Below are positions 1 through 9,900 of a stretch of DNA of 64,000 bases, one piece after another. The number at the start of each line of letters is the position of its first letter. The first letter of the stretch is position 1. The notes below the pieces were generated by a model. The model did not search any database and had not been told where the DNA came from. It saw only the letters and a program-made list of their open reading frames with translations. Origin of the DNA: an uncultured Spirochaetales bacterium (GTDB taxonomy: Bacteria > Myxococcota_A > UBA9160 > SMWR01); contig CAZYOL010000001.1 in assembly GCA_964649065.1 (NCBI GenBank), forward strand, positions 1,752 to 65,751, in the 5' to 3' direction. The position numbers were made by a program, and so were the translations under genes.

Positions 1-246
1 CAGTCCACCGCGCTGTGGTAGGCCGACCAGACGCACACGGCGTGCACCAGGAAGCCCGGGACCAGCCAGGCCCAGTAGCCGAAGCCGGTTGCCAGGAACC
101 AGACTCCGCCGGCCAGCAGGCGTCCGGAGTAGACCTGCCCCAGGCCCGGGACCAGCACCGAGAGCACGGCGGAGATGCCCGGGTGGGGCGGACGGTGGGT
201 GGGGGCGGAGACGACCAGCTCGTCGTCCGTGTCGTAGGGCTGCATG
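1..246 (-). CDS. small membrane protein, 3' end cut by window edge (PGLGQVYSG motif, TM2-like)
   Basis: ATG at 246..244 lies 5 nt after GAGGAGG (rc of 252..258). Translation MQPYDTDDELVVSAPTHRPPHPGISAVLSVLVPGLGQVYSGRLLAGGVWFLATGFGYWAWLVPGFLVHAVCVWSAYHSAV has two hydrophobic helices. It is absent from the ORF track because it runs off the edge. Confidence 0.55.
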
Positions 247-517
247 GCGACCTCCTCGCCTCACGGGTAGAGCAAGGGCCGTGCCGGCCGCCTCGGCGCA
301 CGAGAGCCCCCGGCAGGCCAGCCTCGCTGCAGCGAGCGGGCTTCAGTGCAGCCGCCCTGCTGCACCCCGGCGGAGGGCGGCCTCGGCGGATGTCCCCAGC
401 GGATGGGGCCGGGGTCGGGCCCCGGTTCCGGCGGTGGAGCCCGGGCCTGGGAACGGGCCCCGGGGGTGGCGGCTCCGGTACGCTCGCAGTCGGAATCGAG
501 CCCCCGGGGAGCCGCAC

Positions 518-2287
518 GTGTCGACATACCACGCCCGCCTGGCGGTCCTGGGGGCGGGGCTGCTGCTGCTCTCGGCGTGGTGGTGGGTCTTCGGCGCCTT
601 CTTCCCCACCGAGGGCGGCACCCTCGGCAACGACTACGCGCGCATCCTGCCGTTGCTGCTGGCGGGCACCTACTGGCAGCTGGCCAACGGCTGGCTGGCG
701 TTGCCCTGGTACACGCCAGCCTTCTGCGGGGGCATCCCGCTGTTTCCCCACCCGGGTGCCATCTACCCGTCGCTGCCGCAGCTCCTGGCCTTCTGGATCG
801 ACCCGCTGAGCGCCGTCGCGAACAGCGTGCTGGCCTTCGCCGCCCTGTCGCTCTACGGCGCCTATCGCCTGCTGCGCCGCAGCTTCGGCTTCGAGCGCGC
901 GCCGGCCCTGCTCGGAGCCGGCCTGTTCCTCTTCAACGGCTTCTACGCGCATCGCATGCTGGCGGGGCACCTGGAGTTCCAGGGCTTCGCGCTGCTCCCG
1001 CTGCTGGCCGCCGGGCTGCTCGGACGGCCGGGCCCGCCGCGAGGCTGGCGGCGGGCCGCGCCGGCGGTGCTCGGCGCGGCGGCGGGCTTCGCCTACCTGC
1101 TGCTCTCGGGCATGGGGCAGCTGCTGCCCCCGGTGGCGATCGCGCTGGCCGCGACCTGGCTGCTCTGCGCGCTGTGCGTCGAGGGCTGTCGGCCGGCGGT
1201 CTTCCCCGGACGCCTGCTCGCCGCGGGGGGGGTCGCCCTGGCCGTCGCCGCGAGCAAGGTCGTGGCGATGGCCTCGTTCCTGACGCAGTTCCCGCGCGAC
1301 TTCTTCGAGGCGTCTCAGCTCGAGAGCGCCGGCTCGAGCCCGTGGCACGCCCTGGCGACCCTGGCCCTCGGGGGCTGGGCGGTGGACGTGCCCGCCTTCG
1401 AGCGCCACGAGCACGAGTACGCGGTGACCCCGCTGCCCTTCCTGCTGATTCCGCTCGGTCTGGTGCTGGCGCTGCGCTCGGGTCGCCCGGTGCCGCGACG
1501 CGGGCTCTGGGCCGCGGCGGGCCTGGGGGTGCTGCTGGCCCTGCCGCTGGTCCTGACTCTCGGCGGCGAGCTCTGGCGACCGCTGCTCCGGGGCGTTCCG
1601 GGCCTCCGGAGCCTGGGCCTCTACCAGCGCTGGTACCTGGCCTACGCGCTGCCGCTGGCGGTCGGCGCGGCGTGGGCGGTGCAGCAGCTGCCCGCGCCGC
1701 GGCTGCGCGCGGCCGCCGCGCTGCTCGCCCTGGTCGCCGCCGTGGGCTTCGAGGCCGGCGTCGACCGGCGGGCCTACCGGGAGCAGCTCTACCCGCCGGG
1801 CCCGGTGGTGCAGGCCGCCGCCGAGGCCCTCGAGCGCGGCGCCCCGGTTCCCGTGCGCGAGATCGCGGCGCGGGTCGCGGACGGCGAGGTGAAGCTCGAC
1901 CTCAACCGCAACGACGTGCTGATCGACGGGCGCTCGCAGCTGGCCTGCTACGACCCGATCTTCGGCTACCGGCTCGAGGCCTTCCCGCGCGGCGCCCTGC
2001 GGCCGGGCCCCGCGCTGGCGTCCCGGGCCGGCTCGCTGAATCTCAAGAACCCGGCCTGCATGGTCTTCCCGCGCGAGAACGGCTGCCGGCCCGGCGACCC
2101 CTTCCGCGCGGAGCAGCTCGACGACGCGCGCCGCTTCGCCGCCTACCGGCCCTTCCGCTGGCGGCGCTCGGCCGCCCAGCGCGCAGCCGACGCCCTCAGC
2201 CGGGTCGCCCTGGCGGCCTGCCTGGGGGCCTCGCTGTGGCTCGCCCTCACGGCGCTCCGACAGCGGCTCTCCCCGGGGGGTCGTTGA
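518..2287 (+). CDS. polytopic inner-membrane protein, function unknown (possibly GT-C-like)
   Basis: This is the in-frame part of ORF 89..2287. The GTG at 518 is preceded by GGGGAG plus a 6-nt spacer. From here the sequence turns from an Arg/Pro-rich shadow into many hydrophobic helices ([22 protein letters not shown]..., [28 protein letters not shown]...). Confidence 0.65.
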   Translation: MSTYHARLAVLGAGLLLLSAWWWVFGAFFPTEGGTLGNDYARILPLLLAGTYWQLANGWLALPWYTPAFCGGIPLFPHPGAIYPSLPQLLAFWIDPLSAVANSVLAFAALSLYGAYRLLRRSFGFERAPALLGAGLFLFNGFYAHRMLAGHLEFQGFALLPLLAAGLLGRPGPPRGWRRAAPAVLGAAAGFAYLLLSGMGQLLPPVAIALAATWLLCALCVEGCRPAVFPGRLLAAGGVALAVAASKVVAMASFLTQFPRDFFEASQLESAGSSPWHALATLALGGWAVDVPAFERHEHEYAVTPLPFLLIPLGLVLALRSGRPVPRRGLWAAAGLGVLLALPLVLTLGGELWRPLLRGVPGLRSLGLYQRWYLAYALPLAVGAAWAVQQLPAPRLRAAAALLALVAAVGFEAGVDRRAYREQLYPPGPVVQAAAEALERGAPVPVREIAARVADGEVKLDLNRNDVLIDGRSQLACYDPIFGYRLEAFPRGALRPGPALASRAGSLNLKNPACMVFPRENGCRPGDPFRAEQLDDARRFAAYRPFRWRRSAAQRAADALSRVALAACLGASLWLALTALRQRLSPGGR

Positions 2288-2339
2288 CCGGGCTCCGGGG
2301 GGTCGCTATCCACCGCGGCTCCACTGCGAGGAACCCCCG

Positions 2340-2660
2340 ATGGCGCGACGCTGCGAGCTCACCGGCAAGGATCCGCTGTTCGGTCACAACGTCTCGCACT
2401 CGAACGTGAAGACCAACCGGCGCTTCAATCCCAACCTCCAGAACGTCACCTTCCACAGCGAGGCCCTGAGGACGCCGGTGCGCATGCGCGTGACGACCCG
2501 GGCCCTGCGCACGGTCCAGCGCCACGGCGGCATCGACCGCTTCCTGCTGGCCACCGACGACGCGCGCCTGGCTCCGGAGGGGCTGCGCGTCAAGCGCCGC
2601 GTGCGGAAGGCGCTGGCGGGCACCCGCAAGGTCCCCGCGGCCGAGTCCGCCGCCCAGTAG
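2340..2660 (+). CDS. rpmB: 50S ribosomal protein L28
   Basis: [36 protein letters not shown] matches the L28 N-terminal signature (CxxTGK..xxGxxxSHxxxxTxRxxxPNLQ). A GAGGAA RBS lies upstream. The protein has a single Cys and no CxxC pair. Confidence 0.95.
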   Translation: MARRCELTGKDPLFGHNVSHSNVKTNRRFNPNLQNVTFHSEALRTPVRMRVTTRALRTVQRHGGIDRFLLATDDARLAPEGLRVKRRVRKALAGTRKVPAAESAAQ

Positions 2661-2695
2661 CCCGACCACGGGCACCGGCCGGTCCCAGGGTCGCC

Positions 2696-4387
2696 GTGCC
2701 CCGCTCCCTCCAGCTGCCGCTGGGCCTGCTGGCCCTGCTCGCGGCGATCCTGCTGGCCTACTCGACGGCCCTCCAGGGCGGCTTCATCTGGGACGACGAC
2801 AGCTACGTCACGGACAACGCCACGCTGCGTAGCCCGGACGCCCTGCGGCAGATCTGGCTCGAGCCCGAGGCGAGCCCCCAGTACTACCCCATGGTCTTCA
2901 GCCTGCTCTGGGCCGAGTACCAGCTCTGGGAGCTCGAGCCCTTCGGCTACCACCTGGTGAACGTCCTGCTGCACGCCCTGAACGCGGCGTTGGTCTTCGC
3001 GGTCTGCCGGCGCCTGGCGATCCCCGGGGCCTGGCTGGCGGCGGCGCTCTTCGGCCTGCACCCGGTGCACGTGGAGTCCGTGGCCTGGGTGACGGAGCTG
3101 AAGAACGTGCTCTCGGGCAGCTTCTACCTGCTGTCCTTCTGGGCCTATCTGCACTTCGCCGGCCTCGGGGAGTCGCGCCGCGAGCGGCCGCGGGCGGCGG
3201 CCTACGGGGCCTCGCTGCTCGGCTTCGTGCTGGCCCTCTTCAGCAAGACGGTGACCGTCTCGCTGCCCGCGGTGCTGCTGGTGGTCCAGTGGTGGAAGCG
3301 GGGCCGGCTGGCCCTGCGCGACGTCTCGCCGCTACTGCCCTTCTTCGCCGTCGGCCTCTACATGGGCCTGCGCACCGCGCGTCTGGAGAAGGAGCACGTC
3401 GGCGCGGAGGGCATCGACTGGAGCCTCAGCTTCCTCGAGCGGGTCTACATTGCCGGCCGGGCGCTGTGGTTCTACGTCGCGAAGCTGGCCTGGCCCTCGG
3501 AGCTGATCTTCAGCTACCCGCGCTGGGAGATCGACACCGGGTCGCCCGGGCAGGCCCTCTTCCCCCTGGCCGCGCTGCTGCTGGGGCTCGCCCTCTGGCT
3601 GCTGCGCGAGCGCATCGGACGCGGCCCCCTGGCCGCCGCGCTCTTCTTCGCCATGAGCCTGTTCCCGGCGCTCGGCTTCTTCGACGTGTACCCGATGCGC
3701 TACTCCTTCGTCGCCGATCACTTCCAGTACCTGGCGAGCCTCGGCCCGATCGTGCTCTTCGCGGCCTGCGTCGCCCACGGGGCCAGCCTCGTCCCGGCAC
3801 CCTGGCGCTCGGCGCTGCCGCTGGCCGCGGCCGCGCTGCTCGCCGTGCTGGCGCTCCTCACCTGGCAGCAGGGCAAGATCTACGCCGACCGCGAGACGCT
3901 CTTCAGCGACGTCATCGAGAAGAATCCCAGCTCCTGGATGGCGCACCTCAACCGCGCCAACGTCTACACCCGCGAGGAGCGCTTCGAGCTGGCCCTGGCG
4001 GACTACTCGCGCAGCATCGAGCTGCGGCCCCGGCAGCTCGGCTCCTACATCAACCGCGGTTCCATCTACATGCTGCAGCGGCGCTTCCGAGAGGCCATGC
4101 AGGACTTCGAGCAGGCCATCCGCTTCAACCCGCGCTCCGAGGAGCCGCACATCAACATCGGGCTCGTCCACCTGCAGCTGGGCCGGCGGCGCGAGGCCCT
4201 GGAGCACCTCGACCTCGCCGCCGAGCTGAATCCCGGGAATCCGGGGGTCTTCTCGGCCCGCGCCCAGGCCTACTACTTCCTGCGGCGCTACGACGAGGCC
4301 AGGGCCGACGCGGAGCGGGCCGTGGCGCTGGGCGGATCGCTGCCGGCGCCCCTGGCCCGGAGCCTCCGGCAGCACGGCGGACGCTGA
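2696..4387 (+). CDS. TMTC/PMT-like GT-C membrane glycosyltransferase homologue with C-terminal TPR repeats
   Basis: Loop-1 acidic motif GGFIWDDDSYVTDN. DUF1736-like block HPVHVESVAWVTELKNVLSGSFYLLSF. About 10 TM helices, then TPR repeats (AHLNRANVYTREERFELALADYSRSIELRP..., NPGNPGVFSARAQAYYFLRRYDEA). Confidence 0.85.
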   Translation: MPRSLQLPLGLLALLAAILLAYSTALQGGFIWDDDSYVTDNATLRSPDALRQIWLEPEASPQYYPMVFSLLWAEYQLWELEPFGYHLVNVLLHALNAALVFAVCRRLAIPGAWLAAALFGLHPVHVESVAWVTELKNVLSGSFYLLSFWAYLHFAGLGESRRERPRAAAYGASLLGFVLALFSKTVTVSLPAVLLVVQWWKRGRLALRDVSPLLPFFAVGLYMGLRTARLEKEHVGAEGIDWSLSFLERVYIAGRALWFYVAKLAWPSELIFSYPRWEIDTGSPGQALFPLAALLLGLALWLLRERIGRGPLAAALFFAMSLFPALGFFDVYPMRYSFVADHFQYLASLGPIVLFAACVAHGASLVPAPWRSALPLAAAALLAVLALLTWQQGKIYADRETLFSDVIEKNPSSWMAHLNRANVYTREERFELALADYSRSIELRPRQLGSYINRGSIYMLQRRFREAMQDFEQAIRFNPRSEEPHINIGLVHLQLGRRREALEHLDLAAELNPGNPGVFSARAQAYYFLRRYDEARADAERAVALGGSLPAPLARSLRQHGGR

Positions 4388-4421
4388 GGGGGAGCCGTCG
4401 GGCTCCGCGGTCGGGCCCCTG

Positions 4422-4667
4422 CTACTTCTTGCGGGCGTAGCGACGGCGGAAGCGGTCGATCTTGCCGTCGGCGTCGAGCTCGCGCATCTGGCCGGTCCAG
4501 AAGGGATGGCTGGCCGAGGAGATCTCCAGCCGGATCACCGGGAGCGTCTCGCCGTCGATCTCGCGCGACTCGTTGGAGGTCATGGTCGAGCGGCTGACCC
4601 ACTCCTGCTGCGTCGCGGTGTCGACGAAGAGCACCTTGTGGTAGTCCGGGTGGATTTCCTTCTTCAC
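4422..4667 (-). CDS. rpmE: 50S ribosomal protein L31, cysteine-free (type B-like)
   Basis: These are the last 81 codons of the 1085-aa shadow ORF. GTG start at 4667. VKKEIHPDYHKVLFVD...SASHPFWTGQMRELDADGKIDRFRRRY matches L31. There are no Cys residues. Confidence 0.9.
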   Translation of the reverse strand: MKKEIHPDYHKVLFVDTATQQEWVSRSTMTSNESREIDGETLPVIRLEISSASHPFWTGQMRELDADGKIDRFRRRYARKK

Positions 4668-4669
4668 GG

Positions 4670-4975
4670 CTACCAGCTCGACTTGCGCATTCCGGGCAGC
4701 TGACCGCGCAGGGCCAGGTCGCGCAGCGCGATGCGCGAGATGCCGAACTTCCGGTAGAAGCTGCGCGAGCGCCCGGAGACGTTGCAGCGGGTGTTCTTGC
4801 GGGTGGGGCAGGAGTTGCGCGGCAGCTTGGCGAACTGCTCCTGCACGGCGAACTTCTCGTCCACCGAGAGCTCCGGATCCTTCAGCCTGCCGCGCAGCTC
4901 GGCCCGCTTCTCGGCGTGCTTCGCGATCAGCTGGCGGCGGCGCTGGTCTCGCAGAACCTGGGACTTCTTGGCCAT
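4670..4975 (-). CDS. rpsN: 30S ribosomal protein S14, long 101-aa form
   Basis: ATG at 4975. [28 protein letters not shown]...[39 protein letters not shown] carries the canonical S14 C-terminus. The stop is 2 nt upstream of the rpmE start. Confidence 0.92.
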   Translation of the reverse strand: MAKKSQVLRDQRRRQLIAKHAEKRAELRGRLKDPELSVDEKFAVQEQFAKLPRNSCPTRKNTRCNVSGRSRSFYRKFGISRIALRDLALRGQLPGMRKSSW

Positions 4976-5117
4976 GGCTCCCCTCGGCGGGTCCTCTCGG
5001 AAGGCGCCGGAGGCTATCCGGCGGCACCTGCCGCCGCAAGCGGCGCCCCCGCGGGGCCGGTCTCCGGCCCCGGCGAGGGTCTCGCCGCCGGCCCGGGCGC
5101 CGTATCCTACGCGCCCC

Positions 5118-7766
5118 ATGGCCCGGCTCCCCACCGTCGATCCCGCCGCCCTTCCCAAGCACTTCGACGCCCCGGAGGCCGAGGCCCGCTGGGACGCCGC
5201 CTGGGAGCGGGACGGCATCCACCGCTACGACCCCTCGCGTCCGCGCGAGGAGACCTTCGTGGTCGACACCCCGCCCCCCACCGTGTCGGGCTCGCTGCAC
5301 ATCGGTCACGTCTTCTCCTACACCCACACCGATGTGCTGGTCCGCTACCAGCGCATGCGCGGCAAGAACGTCTACTACCCGATGGGCTGGGACGACAACG
5401 GCGTTCCCACCGAGCGGCGGGTGCAGAACTACTTCCACGTCCGCTGCGACCCGCGGGCCGAGCACGTGCCGGGGCTGAGCCTCGAGGCGGCCAGCGCCAA
5501 GCAGCGCAAGGAGCGCCCGCGCCTGGTCTCGCGCGAGAACTTCATCGGCCTCTGTCACGACGTGACCCGGGAGGACGAGAAGGCCTTCAAGGAGCTGTGG
5601 CGGCGCATCGGCCTGTCGGTGGACTGGCGGGAGGAGTACGCGACGATCGACCACAAGAGCCGCCAGCTCGCCCAGCTCTCCTTCCGCGACCTCTACGAGA
5701 AGGGCCAGGTCTACACCACCGAGGCTCCCTTCATGTGGGACGTCGATTTCCAGATGGCCCTCTCCCAGGCCGACGTGGAGGATCGCGAGCGGCCGGGCGC
5801 CTACCACCGGATCGAGTTCGGCGTCGAGGGAGGGGGCTCCTTCGTGATCGCCACCACGCGGCCCGAGCTGCTGCCCGCCTGCGTGGGGGTCACGGCCCAT
5901 CCCGAGGATCCGCGCTACCGGGGGCTCTTCGGCAAGCGGGCGATCACGCCGCTCTTCCGCGTCCCGGTGCCCATCTTCCCGAGCGAGCTGGCCGACCCCG
6001 AGAAGGGGACGGGCATCCTGATGGTCTGCACCTTCGGCGACGCCACCGACGTGGGCTGGTGGCGCGAGCAGGGCCTGGCCCTGCGCCAGCTGATCGGGCG
6101 CAACGGCCGGCTGGTGCCGGTGGAGTTCGGCAGCGAGGCCTTCCCGAGCCTCGATCCCGAGGCCGCCGGACGCGCCTACGCCGAGCTGGCCGGCAAGACC
6201 GTGAAGCAGGCCCGGCCCGCGCTGGTGGAGCTGCTGCGCGACCCGGCGGGCAGCGCCAGCGGCGGCGGTCCGCCGCTGCAGGGCGAGCCCGAGGCCATGC
6301 AGCACGCGGTGCGCTTCTACGAGAAGGGCGAGAGCCCGCTCGAGTTCGTGATCACCCGCCAGTGGTTCGTGCGGCTGCTGGACAAGAAGCAGCAGCTGCT
6401 GGACCTCGGCGAGGAGATCCGCTGGCACCCGGACTTCATGAAGGTGCGCTTCCGCGACTGGACGGAGAACCTCTCCCTCGACTGGTGCATCAGCCGCCAG
6501 CGCTACTTCGGCGTGCCGATCCCGGTCTGGTATCCGCTGGATGCGGAGGGCGAGCCCGACTACCAGCGCCCGATCGTGGCCGAGGCCGAGCAGCTCCCCG
6601 TCGATCCGGTGAGCGAGGCGCCCAAGGGCTTCGACGAGGGGCAGCGCGACCAGCCCGGCGGCTTCACCGGCGAGACCGACATCTTCGACACCTGGTTCAC
6701 CAGCTCGCTCTCGCCGCAGCTCGGCTCGCACTGGCTGCTCGATCCGGAGCGCCACGCGCGCCTCTTCCCGGCGGACATCCGCCCGCAGAGCCACGAGATC
6801 ATCCGCACCTGGGCCTTCTACACCATCGCCAAGGCCATGCTGCACGAGAATCGCATCCCCTGGCAGCACGTGGTCATCTCCGGCTGGGTGCTGGATCCGG
6901 ACCGCAAGAAGATGTCGAAGAGCCAGGGCAACGTGGTCACGCCCATGCCGCTGATCGAGAAGTTCACGGCGGACGGCTGCCGCTACTGGGCGGCCTCGGC
7001 GCGCCTGGGTGCGGACACCGCAGCCGACGAGAAGATCTTCAAGGTCGGCAAGCGCCTGCAGACCAAGCTCTTCAACGCCGGCAAGTTCGTGCTCTCCCAG
7101 GAGGCGGAGCCCGGGGAGCCGACGACCGAGCTCGACCGCGCCTTCGCGGCCAGGCTGCGCGAGCTCGTCGAGCGGGCCACGGCCAGCTTCGAGGCGCTGA
7201 ACCACGCCCAGGCCCTGCAGGAGACCGAGAGCTTCTTCTGGAGCCAGTTCACGGACACCTTCATCGAGCTGGTGAAGCTGCGCGCCCGCGACGAGGTCGA
7301 CGCGGCGGGGCGCAGCTCGGCGGTGGCGGCCCTGCGCCTGGGCCTCGACGTGCTGCTCCGGCTCTTCGCGCCCTTCCTGCCCTACGTGACCGAGGAGGTC
7401 TGGTCCTGGGTCTTCGCCGCCGAGCGGGGCCATCCCAGCATCCACCGGGCGCCCTGGCCGGGCGAGGCCGACTTCGCGAGCGTGGCCGCTCCCGACGACG
7501 CGGCCAGCTTCGACCGGGCGGTGGCCGCCCTGGCCGCGATCCACAAGGCCAAGGCCGATCGCGAGGCCTCGGTGGGGCGCGAGGTCGAGCGCCTCACGCT
7601 GGCCGGCCGGCCCGGGGAGCTGGCGGCCCTGGCTCCGGTGCTGCCCGACGTGCTGGCCGCGTCGCGCACCCGCGCCCACGCGCTGGAGCCGCGCTCCGAG
7701 CTGGCGGCCGGGGCCTTCGAGGTCCGCGCGCTGGAGCTGGCCGAGCGCCCCGAAGAGCGGGGCTGA
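5118..7766 (+). CDS. valS: valine--tRNA ligase (about 880-aa short form)
   Basis: ATG at 5118, in frame within ORF 4782..7766. Class I HIGH motif [26 protein letters not shown] motif [11 protein letters not shown], and ValRS-type blocks [10 protein letters not shown] and [17 protein letters not shown]. Confidence 0.95.
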   Translation: MARLPTVDPAALPKHFDAPEAEARWDAAWERDGIHRYDPSRPREETFVVDTPPPTVSGSLHIGHVFSYTHTDVLVRYQRMRGKNVYYPMGWDDNGVPTERRVQNYFHVRCDPRAEHVPGLSLEAASAKQRKERPRLVSRENFIGLCHDVTREDEKAFKELWRRIGLSVDWREEYATIDHKSRQLAQLSFRDLYEKGQVYTTEAPFMWDVDFQMALSQADVEDRERPGAYHRIEFGVEGGGSFVIATTRPELLPACVGVTAHPEDPRYRGLFGKRAITPLFRVPVPIFPSELADPEKGTGILMVCTFGDATDVGWWREQGLALRQLIGRNGRLVPVEFGSEAFPSLDPEAAGRAYAELAGKTVKQARPALVELLRDPAGSASGGGPPLQGEPEAMQHAVRFYEKGESPLEFVITRQWFVRLLDKKQQLLDLGEEIRWHPDFMKVRFRDWTENLSLDWCISRQRYFGVPIPVWYPLDAEGEPDYQRPIVAEAEQLPVDPVSEAPKGFDEGQRDQPGGFTGETDIFDTWFTSSLSPQLGSHWLLDPERHARLFPADIRPQSHEIIRTWAFYTIAKAMLHENRIPWQHVVISGWVLDPDRKKMSKSQGNVVTPMPLIEKFTADGCRYWAASARLGADTAADEKIFKVGKRLQTKLFNAGKFVLSQEAEPGEPTTELDRAFAARLRELVERATASFEALNHAQALQETESFFWSQFTDTFIELVKLRARDEVDAAGRSSAVAALRLGLDVLLRLFAPFLPYVTEEVWSWVFAAERGHPSIHRAPWPGEADFASVAAPDDAASFDRAVAALAAIHKAKADREASVGREVERLTLAGRPGELAALAPVLPDVLAASRTRAHALEPRSELAAGAFEVRALELAERPEERG

Positions 7767-7836
7767 CTCCGCGAGCAGGCCCGAGGCCGAGGAGCGGGCG
7801 GCGCCACGACGACCTCGCGCGCCGAGCCCGCGGGCG

Positions 7837-8505
7837 CTAGGGCTGCAGGCGGCGGACGCCCCAGGGGCCGCCGCGGAAGCCCTCGCCTTCGGGCTCGAGG
7901 GCGCGGGTCCAGAGGCCGCGGTCGTGGGCGCGCCCCGCCGAGCCGACCCACAGCTCGACGCGCTCGGCGAAGAGCCGATAGCCGCCCCAGTGCGGAGGCC
8001 GCGGCACCGGCGGACCCTGCGCGCCGCCGCAGCGGGCCTCGGTCTCGGCCAGCCGCTTCAGCAGCTCCGCGCGCGAGGCGATGGCCCGGCTCTGCTGGCT
8101 GGCCGCGGCGGCGATCTGGGCAGCCCGAGGTCGCCCCGCGAAGTAGACGTCGGACTCGGACTCCGGTGAGAGCCGGACGGGACCGCTGATGCGCGCCTGG
8201 CGCTCCAGGGCGTCCCAGTGGAAGACCGCGCAGGCCCGGGGCTTCGCCGCCAGCGCCCGGCCCTTGGCGCTCTCGCGGTTGCTGTAGAAGACCAGGAAGC
8301 CGCGCTCCGCGTCGAGGCCGCGGCAGAGCAGCAGGCGCGCCTCGGGCTGGCCGTCGGGCGAGACCGTGGCGAGGCAGATCGCGCTCGGGTTGCGCTGCAC
8401 GCGTCCCTCGCGGGCCTCGGCCAGCCAGCGCGTCAGGGTCGGCAGCGGCGAGGCCGGCAACGGATCGGCGAGGGAGGGGTCGCGGGGAAGCTCGTCGTAG
8501 CTCAC
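7837..8505 (-). CDS. pdxH: pyridoxamine 5'-phosphate oxidase
   Basis: GTG start. NPSAICLATVSPDGQPEARLLLCRGLDAERGFLVFYSNRESAKGRAL...WGGYRLFAERVELWVGSAGRAHDR...RLQP carries the typical PdxH blocks, including the C-terminal RLxP. Confidence 0.9.
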   Translation of the reverse strand: MSYDELPRDPSLADPLPASPLPTLTRWLAEAREGRVQRNPSAICLATVSPDGQPEARLLLCRGLDAERGFLVFYSNRESAKGRALAAKPRACAVFHWDALERQARISGPVRLSPESESDVYFAGRPRAAQIAAAASQQSRAIASRAELLKRLAETEARCGGAQGPPVPRPPHWGGYRLFAERVELWVGSAGRAHDRGLWTRALEPEGEGFRGGPWGVRRLQP

Positions 8506-8553
8506 CCGCCGAAGCTAGCCGCTCTCGGCAGGCGCGCGCGGTGCACCCGCGGC

Positions 8554-8916
8554 CTAGGGCGCGAGCCAGAGGCCGATCCGCAGGCTCAGGTAGCCGATGT
8601 GGGCGAGCAGGATGGCGTAGTAGGCGAGGAAGGCGGCGAAGATCGCCACCACCGCCAGGGGCCGGCGCCGCAGCCTCCAGAGCAGCAGTGAGCCCAGGCC
8701 CACGATGGCGATCTTGGCGGCCGCAAAGGCCACCGGCGCCTCGTGCACCAGCTCGTCGATCAGGGGATTGGCCTCGCGCGCGAAGCCGGCGTAGACCCAC
8801 AGCAGCGTGAAGACCGCGTCGAGCAGGTTCAGGACCAGCACGACCTTGACGATGCCGAGCAGCCAGCGGAACTGCTGGGGCGTGCCGATGTGCGGCGGCT
8901 CGGCGACGCCCTCCAT
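8554..8916 (-). CDS. small 4-TM membrane protein (DUF5658-like)
   Basis: Hydrophobic ORF with LNLLDAVFTLLWV...EANPL motif. High third-position GC is consistent with coding. Confidence 0.6.
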   Translation of the reverse strand: MEGVAEPPHIGTPQQFRWLLGIVKVVLVLNLLDAVFTLLWVYAGFAREANPLIDELVHEAPVAFAAAKIAIVGLGSLLLWRLRRRPLAVVAIFAAFLAYYAILLAHIGYLSLRIGLWLAP

Positions 8917-8959
8917 GCCCGTCGCATCGACGCCCCCGGGGCCGCTCTTGAGGCCGCGC

Positions 8960-9802
8960 TCACTTCGGGGGGAGCGGTCGGATCAGCCCCTCCTGGGCCA
9001 CCGAGGCGATCCGCGTTCCCCCGCGGTCGTAGAGGCCGCCGAAGATCAGGCCGCGGGCGGCGTGGGCGACCGGGCTCTCGGCGACGTAGAGCAACCAGTC
9101 GTCGAGCCGCAGCGGCCGGTGGATCCAGACCGCGTGGTCGAGGCTGGCGCCGAAGCGCCGCGCGAAGGGGAGGCCGTGCGGCCGGGTCGCAGTCATCAGC
9201 AGCGTGCGGTCCGAGGCGTAGACCAGCATCGCGGCGTGCAGCAGCGGGTCGGGCGGCAGGGCGCCGCGCACGCGCATCCAGCAGCGCTGGAAGGGCGGAC
9301 TGGTCTCTCCCTCCTCGAAGGGAGGCAGGTCGATCATGCGCAGGTCGAGGGGGCTCCAGAAGCCCGGCAGCTGCTGCGCTCCTAGGGCCCGCGCGCGAAC
9401 CTGCTCCCAGGGCTCCACGCTCTCCGGGGCGGGCGCCTCGGGCTCGGGGCCATCGTGGGAGATGCCCTCCTCGGGCTGGCAGAAGCTCGCCGACAGGTTG
9501 AAGATCGCCTCGCCGGCCTGGTGCACCACGACCCGCCGGGTCGTGAAGGTCTTGCCGTCGCGGATCCGGTCGACCACGAAGCGCAGCGGACGGTCGTGAC
9601 GGCCGGGTCGCAGGAAGTAGCCGTGCAGCGAGTGGATCGGGCGATCCCCGCCCACGGTGCGACCTGCCGCGACCACCGCCTGCGCGGCGACCAGGCCGCC
9701 GAAGAGGCGGCCCTCTCCCTTCCCGGGCTGGCCCAGGGTGAGATCCAGGTCGAGCGCCTGCAGGTCCATGAGCTCCAACCATCGATCGAGCTCTCGGCTC
9801 AC
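8960..9802 (-). CDS. tesB: acyl-CoA thioesterase II
   Basis: GTG at 9802 is preceded by GGAGGA plus a 6-nt spacer. VSRELDRWLELMDLQALDLDL..LFGGLVAAQAVVAAGRTV...IHSLHGYFLRPG...DRIRDGKTFTTRRVVVHQAGEAIFNLSASF parallels E. coli TesB from its N-terminus. The upstream part of ORF 8960..9913 was rejected. Confidence 0.85.
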   Translation of the reverse strand: MSRELDRWLELMDLQALDLDLTLGQPGKGEGRLFGGLVAAQAVVAAGRTVGGDRPIHSLHGYFLRPGRHDRPLRFVVDRIRDGKTFTTRRVVVHQAGEAIFNLSASFCQPEEGISHDGPEPEAPAPESVEPWEQVRARALGAQQLPGFWSPLDLRMIDLPPFEEGETSPPFQRCWMRVRGALPPDPLLHAAMLVYASDRTLLMTATRPHGLPFARRFGASLDHAVWIHRPLRLDDWLLYVAESPVAHAARGLIFGGLYDRGGTRIASVAQEGLIRPLPPK

Positions 9803-9900
9803 GGGGATTCCTCCGCCGCGCACCATAGCGCCGGCGCCGCCGCCGACGCCGTTCGCTACACCCGGGGCGTGGCGCGCAGGTCCCGCGGAGCCCCTTCGTG

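Noticed and set aside
4976-5117. Possible Zur/Fur box upstream of the rpsN-rpmE pair
   Set aside because: The whole spacer is GC-rich with no AT-rich palindrome, so nothing supports zinc-responsive regulation from sequence alone.
4976-7679. Upstream roughly 1000 codons of the 1085-aa minus-strand ORF 4422..7679
   Set aside because: It is antisense to the unambiguous valS gene, Arg/Gly/Ala/Pro-rich and without a recognisable domain. Only the last 81 codons (L31, 4422..4667) are real. This is a typical high-GC shadow ORF.
7826-7835. Perfect 10-bp palindrome GCCCGCGGGC between the convergent valS and pdxH genes
   Set aside because: It cannot form a hairpin with a loop and no T-run follows. Such short GC palindromes are expected by chance at this composition, so it is not called as a terminator.
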